64,000 nucleotides of DNA. Source: Candidatus Tayloriibacteriota bacterium. GTDB taxonomy: Bacteria > Patescibacteriota > Minisyncoccia > Phycocordibacterales > PALSA-1337. The notes under the pieces were generated by a model, which saw only the letters and a list, made by a program, of their open reading frames with translations, was not told the DNA's origin and did no database searches. The translations under genes were made by a program, and so were the position numbers. Below, piece by piece: positions 56,365 through 64,000 of this stretch; position 1 is the stretch's first letter; each line of letters begins with the position of its first letter. The stretch lies in contig JBPOID010000007.1 of the NCBI GenBank assembly GCA_052034805.1, positions 26,495-90,494 of the forward strand, given 5' to 3'.

Positions 56365-58027
56365 ATTCAGATTAAATAAAGAAATAGATCCAGATGAAAT
56401 ATTCATCGATTCTAGGAATTTGCCGAAATACGATACAAATCAATTCGAAGGACGTTTAGACAAACCAATTTCTAGAATAAGTTTGTTCTTGGTATTAGCT
56501 TTTTTCTTTATAATAATGATTTCTTTTGGTGTAAAAGTATGGACATTACAGATAAAAGATGGAGAAAAATACACAACAAAGAGTGAGAATAATAGACTCA
56601 GAAGCACACCGATATTTGCCCCGCGAGGTGTCGTATACGATAGAAATGGTGTGGAATTAGTATGGAATGAACCTGGTATAGAAGACGAAGGTTTCCCTTT
56701 GAGGAAATACAAAGATTTACCCGGACTTTCTCATGTTATAGGTTATGTTCAATATCCTTCCAAAGATAGTTCAGGATTTTATTATAAAGAAGATTTCGAA
56801 GGTATAGATGGAGTGGAGGATTATTTTGACGATATTCTAAGAGGACAAAATGGTTCAAAGATAATAGAGGTAGATGCGCGTGGTAAAGTTCAAAGTGAGA
56901 ATATAACCAAACCTCCGAAACAGGGTGAGAACATAACCTTGTCTATAGATTCTAGGGTGCAGTCAGAGATGTACACAGCGATACAGAATGTTGCGAATAA
57001 TGTAGGTTTCGCGGGTGGAGCTGGTATTATTATGGATATTACAAATGGAGAAATAATATCTCTAACTAGTTATCCTGAATATGATTCAGAGATTATGTCA
57101 TTAAAAAAGGATGTAGCGAAAGTAAAATCTTTTTTAAATGATAAAAATAAACCTTTTCTAGATAGAGCTATAGGTGGTCTATATGCTCCAGGGTCTATTA
57201 TAAAACCTTATATAGCTTTAGGTGCTTTGAATGAGAATATTATTGATCCAAATAAAGAAATATTGAGTACAGGTTCAATATCTATACAGAATGATTATGA
57301 TTCTAGTTTACAAACTATATTCAAAGACTGGAAAGCGCTGGGTTATGTAGATATGCGTCATGCTATCGCTATGTCTTCTGATGTTTATTTTTATGAAATA
57401 GGTGGAGGATATAAAGATCAGAAAGGTCTCGGAATAGATAGAATAAATAAATATATGAATATATTCGGTTTCGGAAAGGGAATAGAAAATTCTTTCTTTT
57501 CTGGACCAAATGGAACTGTACCGAATCCAGAATGGAAAAAAGCAACATTCAATGGTGAGACTTGGAGACTAGGTAATACTTATCATACTTCTATAGGACA
57601 ATATGGTTTCCAAGTTTCTCCAATACAAATAGTGAGAGGTATGGGTGCAATAGCTACAGAAGGTATATTACGCAATCCTTCTATAATAAAAGGAGTAGAA
57701 GGTAAAATAATAAATAAAATAGATATAAAGAAAAGTTATTTCGATATTATTCATGAAGGAATGAGACTTGGAGCAACAATAGGTACAGGTAAAGCTCTAA
57801 ATGTTCCATATGTAGAAATAGCTTCAAAATCTGGTACTGCAGAATTAGGTGTTGAAAAGAGTAATGTAAATTCTTGGATTACTGGCTTTTTTCCTTATAA
57901 AAATCCAAAATATGCCTTCACTATAGTTATGGAAAAAGGCTCAGTTCATAACTTAATAGGGGGTGTGGCTGTCATGAAAGATGTATTGGATTGGATGAAT
58001 ACAAATACCCCTGAATACTTCAAGTAA
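56354..58027 (+). CDS. mrdA: Penicillin-binding protein 2 (class B)
   Basis: APRG.VYDRNG, PGSIIK (SxxK), SSD, KSGTAE. Confidence 0.92.
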   Translation: MRRKFRLNKEIDPDEIFIDSRNLPKYDTNQFEGRLDKPISRISLFLVLAFFFIIMISFGVKVWTLQIKDGEKYTTKSENNRLRSTPIFAPRGVVYDRNGVELVWNEPGIEDEGFPLRKYKDLPGLSHVIGYVQYPSKDSSGFYYKEDFEGIDGVEDYFDDILRGQNGSKIIEVDARGKVQSENITKPPKQGENITLSIDSRVQSEMYTAIQNVANNVGFAGGAGIIMDITNGEIISLTSYPEYDSEIMSLKKDVAKVKSFLNDKNKPFLDRAIGGLYAPGSIIKPYIALGALNENIIDPNKEILSTGSISIQNDYDSSLQTIFKDWKALGYVDMRHAIAMSSDVYFYEIGGGYKDQKGLGIDRINKYMNIFGFGKGIENSFFSGPNGTVPNPEWKKATFNGETWRLGNTYHTSIGQYGFQVSPIQIVRGMGAIATEGILRNPSIIKGVEGKIINKIDIKKSYFDIIHEGMRLGATIGTGKALNVPYVEIASKSGTAELGVEKSNVNSWITGFFPYKNPKYAFTIVMEKGSVHNLIGGVAVMKDVLDWMNTNTPEYFK

Positions 58028-58098
58028 TCTTTGTTTTTTCTTGGATTTATGCTATACTATCCTGAATATTTATTAAGAGTACTAAATTTAAATAAAAA

Positions 58099-58566
58099 AT
58101 GAAAGAGACACCACAGTATCTTACGAAGGATAAATTACAAGAATTTGAGAAGGAACTCAATTATCTTAAGAGTGAAAGAAGAAAACAGGTAGCAGAAAGT
58201 CTAGAATATGCAAAAAAATTAGGTGATTTGTCTGAAAATGCAGAATACAATGAAGCACGTCAGGAACAAGCTGAAGTTGAAGATCGTATCGTTCATTTAG
58301 AAAATTTGATAAAGAAAGCTGTTATAGTAGATGAAACTAGTGGAGATAATGCAAATATAGGTTCAGTAGTGAAAGTACAAAAGGTAGGTGAAAAAGATAT
58401 AAGAACATACAAAATAGTAGGTTCAGAAGAAGCAGATATGGCTAGTGGCAAGATATCCAACCTTTCTCCAATAGGTTCTTCATTATTAGGAAAGAAAGAA
58501 GGTGATGTATTCACTTTCAATACTCCCAAAGGTGAGGTAACATATAAACTAATTAGTATAGAATAA
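58099..58566 (+). CDS. greA: Transcription elongation factor GreA
   Basis: GDLSENAEY, IS..SPIG. Confidence 0.97.
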   Translation: MKETPQYLTKDKLQEFEKELNYLKSERRKQVAESLEYAKKLGDLSENAEYNEARQEQAEVEDRIVHLENLIKKAVIVDETSGDNANIGSVVKVQKVGEKDIRTYKIVGSEEADMASGKISNLSPIGSSLLGKKEGDVFTFNTPKGEVTYKLISIE

Positions 58567-58578
58567 ATTTTTTAAAAT

Positions 58579-60036
58579 ATGTCATCTTTAGAAGAGATAA
58601 GAAAGGTCCGCTTAAGTAAACTAGAATTACTAAAAGCGGCAGGTATGAATCCTTTTCCATCAAAGGTTCCTCGTACTTTTTGTTTGCATGATGCAAAAGA
58701 AAATTTCAAAGAATATTCAGAAAGTAAAAAAGAAGTTTCTCTAACAGGTAGAATAATGGTGATAAGAGGCCAAGGAGCTATTCTTTTTGCTGTACTTTAT
58801 GATGGTAAGGGTAAAATGCAAGCAGTATTTAAAAAAGATGAAATAAAAGCAGATAAATTCAAATTATTCACTGATGCAATAGATATAGGAGATTTCATAT
58901 CTGTTACAGGAACTTTCTTTACAACAGAGCGTGGTGAAAATAGTATTTTGGTAAAAGATTGGACAATAGCTACAAAGACTTTGCTTCCACTTCCAGAAAA
59001 ATGGCATGGTATACAAGATACAGATGAAAGATATAGAAAGCGTTATCTTGATATATTAATGAATCCAGAATTATACGATTTATTTAAAAAGAAAACTCAA
59101 TTTTGGGATGTTACTAGGAATTTCTTGAGAGATAATGGTTTTATCGAAGTCGAAACCCCAACACTCGAAGTCACCACAGGTGGGGCAGAAGCTACTCCTT
59201 TCAAAACACATCATAATGATTATGATTTGGATGTATATCTACGTATTTCGGTTGGGGAATTATGGCAGAAAAGACTGATGTCTGCTGGTTTTCCTAAAAC
59301 TTTTGAAATAGGAAGAGTATATAGAAATGAAGGTTCAAGTCCTGAACATTTGCAAGAATTTACTAATATGGAATTCTATTGGTCCTTTGCTGATTATGAA
59401 GATGGAATGAAATTAGTAAGAGAAATGTATATAAAGATTGCAAAAGAAGTCTTCGGTAAAACAGAGTTTACAACTCGTGGTCATACTTTTGATTTGGCAA
59501 ATGAATGGCAGAGAATAGATTATACCGATGAAATAAAGAAACAAACAGGAATAGATATAATCAAAGCCAGTGACAAAGATATAGAAGATAAAATAAAAGA
59601 ATTAAAGATAAAATACGATGGTAAAAATCGTGAAAGACTAGTAGATACATTATGGAAATATTGCAGAAAGAATATCTCTGGTCCAGCATTTCTCGTGAAT
59701 CATCCTGTATTAGTTGCACCACTTGCAAAGAGAATAGAAGGCAAAGATACAGTACAAATGTTCCAACCTATAATAGCCGGTAGTGAAATGGGTAGAGGAT
59801 ATTCAGAATTAAATGATCCTATAGATCAGAGAAATAGATTCGAAGAGCAAAAGAAATTATTAAAATCAGGTGATACAGAAGCTATGATGGAAGATTTGGA
59901 ATTCGTAGAGATGTTGGAGCATGGTATGCCACCTACATGTGGATTCGGATTTGGAGAAAGATTGTTTGCCTTCCTTGCAGACAAGCCAGCTCGCGAATTG
60001 CAAATGTTTCCTCTCATGAGGCCTAAATCAGAATAA
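58579..60036 (+). CDS. lysS: Lysine--tRNA ligase (class II)
   Basis: YRKRYLD, GGAEA.PF, YRNEG, YSELNDP, GMPP..G.G.G. Confidence 0.97.
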   Translation: MSSLEEIRKVRLSKLELLKAAGMNPFPSKVPRTFCLHDAKENFKEYSESKKEVSLTGRIMVIRGQGAILFAVLYDGKGKMQAVFKKDEIKADKFKLFTDAIDIGDFISVTGTFFTTERGENSILVKDWTIATKTLLPLPEKWHGIQDTDERYRKRYLDILMNPELYDLFKKKTQFWDVTRNFLRDNGFIEVETPTLEVTTGGAEATPFKTHHNDYDLDVYLRISVGELWQKRLMSAGFPKTFEIGRVYRNEGSSPEHLQEFTNMEFYWSFADYEDGMKLVREMYIKIAKEVFGKTEFTTRGHTFDLANEWQRIDYTDEIKKQTGIDIIKASDKDIEDKIKELKIKYDGKNRERLVDTLWKYCRKNISGPAFLVNHPVLVAPLAKRIEGKDTVQMFQPIIAGSEMGRGYSELNDPIDQRNRFEEQKKLLKSGDTEAMMEDLEFVEMLEHGMPPTCGFGFGERLFAFLADKPARELQMFPLMRPKSE

Positions 60037-60079
60037 ATTTTTTTAAAAGATAATTTTTAAGAGATAATTCATAAAAATA

Positions 60080-60106
60080 AAAACCATGGAATTCACCATG
60101 GTTTTT
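60080..60106. terminator. Bidirectional terminator
   Basis: AAAACCATGG-AATTCA-CCATGGTTTT. Confidence 0.7.
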
Positions 60107-60128
60107 GTGTTTTTGCATCGTCAATTCG

Positions 60129-60503
60129 TCAATGAACGACGGTCGGCTTTTTCCTGAAATGTTTCTTATTATCAGAATTATTACTGGAATTTGTGTCGTG
60201 ATTTCTGTCGAGAATACTCCCAGGAAGAAATCCGCCGATTGTCATCCATTCAACATCGTATCCTAGTATCTCATTCAAAGCCAATGCGATATTCTTTGCT
60301 TTATCTCCTTTCGTATCCCTGACTATCATATAGGGTGAAGCGCATCTCTCACTTCTCTTTAAATGACATGTTTTGGTGTCTGCAGGGATCACGGTGACGA
60401 TCGCATCAGATGAGTGACCTATGCTATTCAAGACATTGATCACATTGTCTAAGAGGTACTCCAAGATTGGTTTTTTAAAACCCACCAGAATTACGTTTGG
60501 CAT
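60129..60503 (-). CDS. Hypothetical orphan protein, possible tautomerase-like fold (Met-Pro start)
   Basis: SD AAGGA before MPNVILVG; TTGACA promoter upstream. Confidence 0.55.
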   Translation of the reverse strand: MPNVILVGFKKPILEYLLDNVINVLNSIGHSSDAIVTVIPADTKTCHLKRSERCASPYMIVRDTKGDKAKNIALALNEILGYDVEWMTIGGFLPGSILDRNHDTNSSNNSDNKKHFRKKPTVVH

Positions 60504-60602
60504 ATTTCCTTTTTGTTTTTTCAACTCCTAAAATACTATAGATTATTTATAAAATTATGTCAATGTTTTTAAATAAATATAAAATCGAATTATTTTCCTT
60601 AT

Positions 60603-60680
60603 TTATCCACAGTTTTAGCAATACAAAAACATTAAAGTGGTATATAATATCCATTAAGTGGGAAGAGGTGGTAAGAAAGT
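60603..60680 (+). promoter_or_regulatory. mraZ promoter region with MraZ-type GTGG direct repeats and a DnaA box
   Basis: AAGTGGT, AAGTGGG, AGGTGGT repeats (last two 10 bp apart); TATAAT; TTATCCACA at 60603-60611. Confidence 0.65.
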
Positions 60681-60741
60681 AATTTTCAAATAATTTAGAA
60701 TTTTTTGAAAAGCTTTATATCAAATCTTACACAATAACTAT

Positions 60742-61182
60742 ATGCTCATCGGAGAATACAGACATGTAATAGATGATAAGAATCGCTTGTCTCTTCCGGC
60801 AAAGTTCCGCAAGGAGACAGGTAGAAAAGTAGTTATAACTTCCGGGCTAGACTCTTGTCTATTTATTTTCACAATAAAGTCCTGGGAGAATATTACAGAA
60901 CGTCTATCTTCTTCTGATTCTTCGATGCTTTCAGCGGACAACAGAAGTTTCAATCGCTATCTCCTAGGAGGTGCGGTTGAAATAGATGTTGATGCATTAG
61001 GTCGAATGCTTATACCAGATTATCTACTAAAAAGAGCACAATTAGGTAGAAATGTTGTGATAGTAGGAGTTAGAGGTAGAGCAGAGATCTGGGCAGAGAG
61101 TCGCTGGGATGCTTATAGAGCCGAGATAGAAGGCAAGGCGGATAAGCTTGCTGAGAAGCTCGGAGAAGCAGGAATGATATAG
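60742..61182 (+). CDS. mraZ: Transcriptional regulator MraZ
   Basis: GEY.H.IDDKNRLSLPAKFR, D..GR.LIP, EIW. Confidence 0.96.
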   Translation: MLIGEYRHVIDDKNRLSLPAKFRKETGRKVVITSGLDSCLFIFTIKSWENITERLSSSDSSMLSADNRSFNRYLLGGAVEIDVDALGRMLIPDYLLKRAQLGRNVVIVGVRGRAEIWAESRWDAYRAEIEGKADKLAEKLGEAGMI

Positions 61183-61186
61183 CTTT

Positions 61187-62086
61187 ATGCATATCACAGT
61201 TCTTTTAAAAGAATCAATAGATAATCTCAATATTCATCCTAAAGATGTATATCTTGATGGAACCTTGGGTAGTGGAGGACATACTAGATACGCTATAGAG
61301 AAAGCCAATGGAGATATTACCGTTATAGGTTTAGATGAGGATAAAGATGCATTAGAAAGATCAAGAAAGAATATTTCGAATATTCCAAATCTAGACGAAA
61401 AAAGAATTTTCTTTGTACAGTCTAACTATAGAGATATAGATAAAGTCCTAAATGATATTCATATAGAAAAGGTAGATAAAATAATGCTTGATCTAGGAAT
61501 TTCTTCTAATCAATTAGAAGAATCAAATAGAGGATTTACTTTCAAGAATGATGAACCATTACTCATGACATTTTCTAAAAATCCTAAAGAAGATGATCTG
61601 ACAGCAGAATATATAGTGAATAATTGGGCCGAGGAAAGTATCGCAGATATTATTTATGGTTATGGTGAAGAGAGATATGCTAGGAGAATAGCTCATGCAA
61701 TAGTCGAATATAGAAAAAAGAAAGCCATAAAAACAACATTTGAACTTGTAGATATAGTGAAAAGCGCAGTACCGAAATTCTATCAGAATGGCAAGATTCA
61801 TCCAGCTACTAGAACATTCCAAGCATTGAGAATATCTGTAAATGATGAATTAAATGGCCTTAAAGAAGTTTTAAAGAAAGGATTCGATAGATTATCAGAG
61901 AATGGAAGAATGGCAATAATTTCATTTCATAGTTTAGAAGACAGAATAGTAAAAAATTTTTATAAAGAAAAGATGAAAGAAATGGGTGCAAAGATAATAA
62001 CAAAGAAACCCATAATAGCGAGTGAAGAAGAATTACGATCTAATCCTAGATCAAGAAGTGCAAAATTAAGAATAATAGAAAAATAA
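61187..62086 (+). CDS. rsmH: 16S rRNA m4C1402 methyltransferase RsmH
   Basis: H.TVLL.E, DGTLGSGGH, DLGISS.QL, HPATRTFQALRI, NPRSRSAKLR. Confidence 0.97.
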   Translation: MHITVLLKESIDNLNIHPKDVYLDGTLGSGGHTRYAIEKANGDITVIGLDEDKDALERSRKNISNIPNLDEKRIFFVQSNYRDIDKVLNDIHIEKVDKIMLDLGISSNQLEESNRGFTFKNDEPLLMTFSKNPKEDDLTAEYIVNNWAEESIADIIYGYGEERYARRIAHAIVEYRKKKAIKTTFELVDIVKSAVPKFYQNGKIHPATRTFQALRISVNDELNGLKEVLKKGFDRLSENGRMAIISFHSLEDRIVKNFYKEKMKEMGAKIITKKPIIASEEELRSNPRSRSAKLRIIEK

Positions 62087-62088
62087 TA

Positions 62089-62418
62089 ATGGTAAAGTTC
62101 ATAACAATTTCATATAAAGTTTTACATAAAGAAAGAGAAAGACTATTTTATATTTTGATAGCTTGTGTAGTGTTTACTATATCTCTATACGGTTTTCTTA
62201 TTCAGAAGGCTATTATGAATGTTGTAGCAAGAGAAGATATAGCAAAAGAAATAGCGTTAAACGGAGCAAAAGTTGGGGATTTGGAGGGAAAATATTTATC
62301 ATTGAAGAATAGTATAACCATTGATCTTGCCTATGAAAAAGGATTAAAAGATGCTGTAGCGCCTTACTATATATCAAAGAAATCTATTACTGCCATGGCT
62401 TCGAAAAATGAATTCTAA
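62089..62418 (+). CDS. FtsL-like cell division protein
   Basis: Single TM plus coiled coil between rsmH and ftsI. Confidence 0.6.
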   Translation: MVKFITISYKVLHKERERLFYILIACVVFTISLYGFLIQKAIMNVVAREDIAKEIALNGAKVGDLEGKYLSLKNSITIDLAYEKGLKDAVAPYYISKKSITAMASKNEF

Positions 62419-64000
62419 TTCAATATCAATATCTAGAATACGCATAGTATTAATCCTTATATGCTTTTTTGCTTTGATAATTTTATCAAAGCTTTATTGG
62501 GTTCAAATAATAAAGGGTGATGAATATGCAAAACAAGGAGACGCCCAATACACCAAACCTTCTTCGAAAGTCTTCGACAGAGGTTCTATTTTATTTGAAA
62601 CAAAATCAAAATCAAGAGTTGGTGTTGCTACTATAAAAGATGGATATACATTAGCTATAAATCCAAAGAATATAAAGGATCCAGAAACTATATACAAAAT
62701 ACTTTCACAATATGTAAAAGATATAGATCATGATACCTTTATAAAAAAAGCTAGTAAGACAAATGATCAATACGAAGAAATAATGAAGAGAATAGATACT
62801 GATACAGGTATATCTATAATAGAATTGAAATTATCAGGAGTAGAAGTTGTAGAAGATAATTGGAGAACATATTCAGGAAATGAAATGTCAGCACATACTA
62901 TAGGTCTTGTTGGCTTTAATGGAAAAGATGAATTAAAGGGACAATATGGTCTAGAAAAATATTATGAGAATATACTATCTAGAAATAATTCTGCATCTAA
63001 TGTGAACTTTTTCGCTGAACTTTTCTCAGATATAAAATATAATATCTTTGAAAATGAAAAAGAAGAAGGAGATATAGTATCATCTATAGATCCCACAGTA
63101 GAAAATGAATTAGAGAAAACTCTGGAGAAAATACAAGATACATGGAAATCAGAAAGTGTAGGAGGAATAATAATGGATCCAAATACAGGTGAAATATATG
63201 CCATGGCTCTTAGGCCTACATTTAATCCTAATAATTTAAAAGATATAAAGAATCCAGCAGTATTTTCTAATAGTCTTGTTGAAAGTGTATATGAAATGGG
63301 TTCCATTATAAAACCATTAACTGTAGTGGTGGGTATAGACTCCGGAGCAATTGATAAAGATTTTACATATGATGATACAGGATTCCTAATGCTAGATAAT
63401 AAAAAAATATCGAATTTCGATGGAAAAGCTAGAGGTATAATACCAGTACAAGAAGTATTGAGTCAGTCTCTAAATGTTGGTGCTGCTACTATAGCTCTCA
63501 AAGTAGGTAATGAAGAATTTACAAAATACTTTTTGAGTTTTGGTTTAGGAGATAAAACTGGTATAGATCAGCCGAATGAGCAAGAAGGAATAGTGAAAAA
63601 TCTACAATCAAATAGAGATATAGAACATGCCACGGCATCTTATGGTCAGGGGATAGCCATATCACCAATAGAAACGATAAGAGCTTTGTCTATACTTGCA
63701 AATGGCGGGAAATTAGTAAGACCACATATAATAAAAGAAATAGATTATTCTAATGGTAATAATAAAATTATTCCCATAGAAAGTACACAAGTTATAAAGA
63801 AAGAAACAGCCACAGATGTAACAAAAATGCTTGTAAATGTTGTAGATAAAGCATTACGTAAAGGTGCCGTTAAAATGGATAGATATAGCATAGCCGCAAA
63901 GACAGGTACGGCACAGATTGCAGATAATAAGAATGGCGGGTATTATACCGATAGGTATTTGCATTCCTTTTTTGGCTATTTCCCAGCATATAATCCAAAA
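62408..64000 (+). CDS. ftsI: Penicillin-binding protein (FtsI-like), 3' truncated by the window edge
   Basis: Manual reading MNSNSISISRIRIVLILICFF..., RGSI, GQYGLE, YEMGSIIK (SxxK), SLN, AKTGTAQ. Confidence 0.9.
   Translation, partial: MNSNSISISRIRIVLILICFFALIILSKLYWVQIIKGDEYAKQGDAQYTKPSSKVFDRGSILFETKSKSRVGVATIKDGYTLAINPKNIKDPETIYKILSQYVKDIDHDTFIKKASKTNDQYEEIMKRIDTDTGISIIELKLSGVEVVEDNWRTYSGNEMSAHTIGLVGFNGKDELKGQYGLEKYYENILSRNNSASNVNFFAELFSDIKYNIFENEKEEGDIVSSIDPTVENELEKTLEKIQDTWKSESVGGIIMDPNTGEIYAMALRPTFNPNNLKDIKNPAVFSNSLVESVYEMGSIIKPLTVVVGIDSGAIDKDFTYDDTGFLMLDNKKISNFDGKARGIIPVQEVLSQSLNVGAATIALKVGNEEFTKYFLSFGLGDKTGIDQPNEQEGIVKNLQSNRDIEHATASYGQGIAISPIETIRALSILANGGKLVRPHIIKEIDYSNGNNKIIPIESTQVIKKETATDVTKMLVNVVDKALRKGAVKMDRYSIAAKTGTAQIADNKNGGYYTDRYLHSFFGYFPAYNPK

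Noticed and set aside
50675-60611. Replication origin suggested by DnaA boxes at 50675 and 60603
   Set aside because: Single isolated boxes, no cluster and no dnaA/dnaN nearby
1-64000. CRISPR array, cas genes, transposase, integrase, prophage, rRNA
   Set aside because: No regularly spaced repeats or recognisable motifs found by eye
1-64000. Alternative genetic code 25 (Gracilibacteria/SR1)
   Set aside because: TGA ends conserved genes at expected lengths (pepF, frr, RND) and ORFs are intact in code 11

Overview
AT-rich bacterial chromosome segment read in code 11 (TGA is used as stop). Gene content and compaction (short AlaRS/ProRS, degenerate PriA, type IV pilins, SD-less or leaderless core genes) point to Patescibacteria/CPR, most likely Parcubacteria; this is inference from protein style, not a database result. 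Core content: mnmA, udg, pepF, alaS, infA-rpmJ-rpsM-rpsK-rpsD-rpoA-rplQ-rplM-rpsI, grpE/dnaK/dnaJ, an RND pump, trpS, tRNA-Asn, raiA, a def-fmt fusion, priA, murA, two mreB, holB, frr, rseP, proS, mreC/mrdA, greA, lysS and mraZ-rsmH-ftsL-ftsI. Accessory content: many single-gene GC-richer units, most with their own promoter, SD and/or terminator, a Fur-family/CooC-like/cysteine synthase-rhodanese/YibE-F island and a 1.5 kb integrase-less islet in tRNA-Asn. The best leads for new biology are (1) an ORF ending in a RAP arrest-like motif whose stop codon lies in a hairpin next to the dnaK start (secM/mifM-like architecture, a possible chaperone-monitoring arrest peptide), (2) an unassigned, about 490-nt multi-domain pseudoknotted RNA between holB and frr, and (3) a 6S-like RNA between grpE and that leader ORF.
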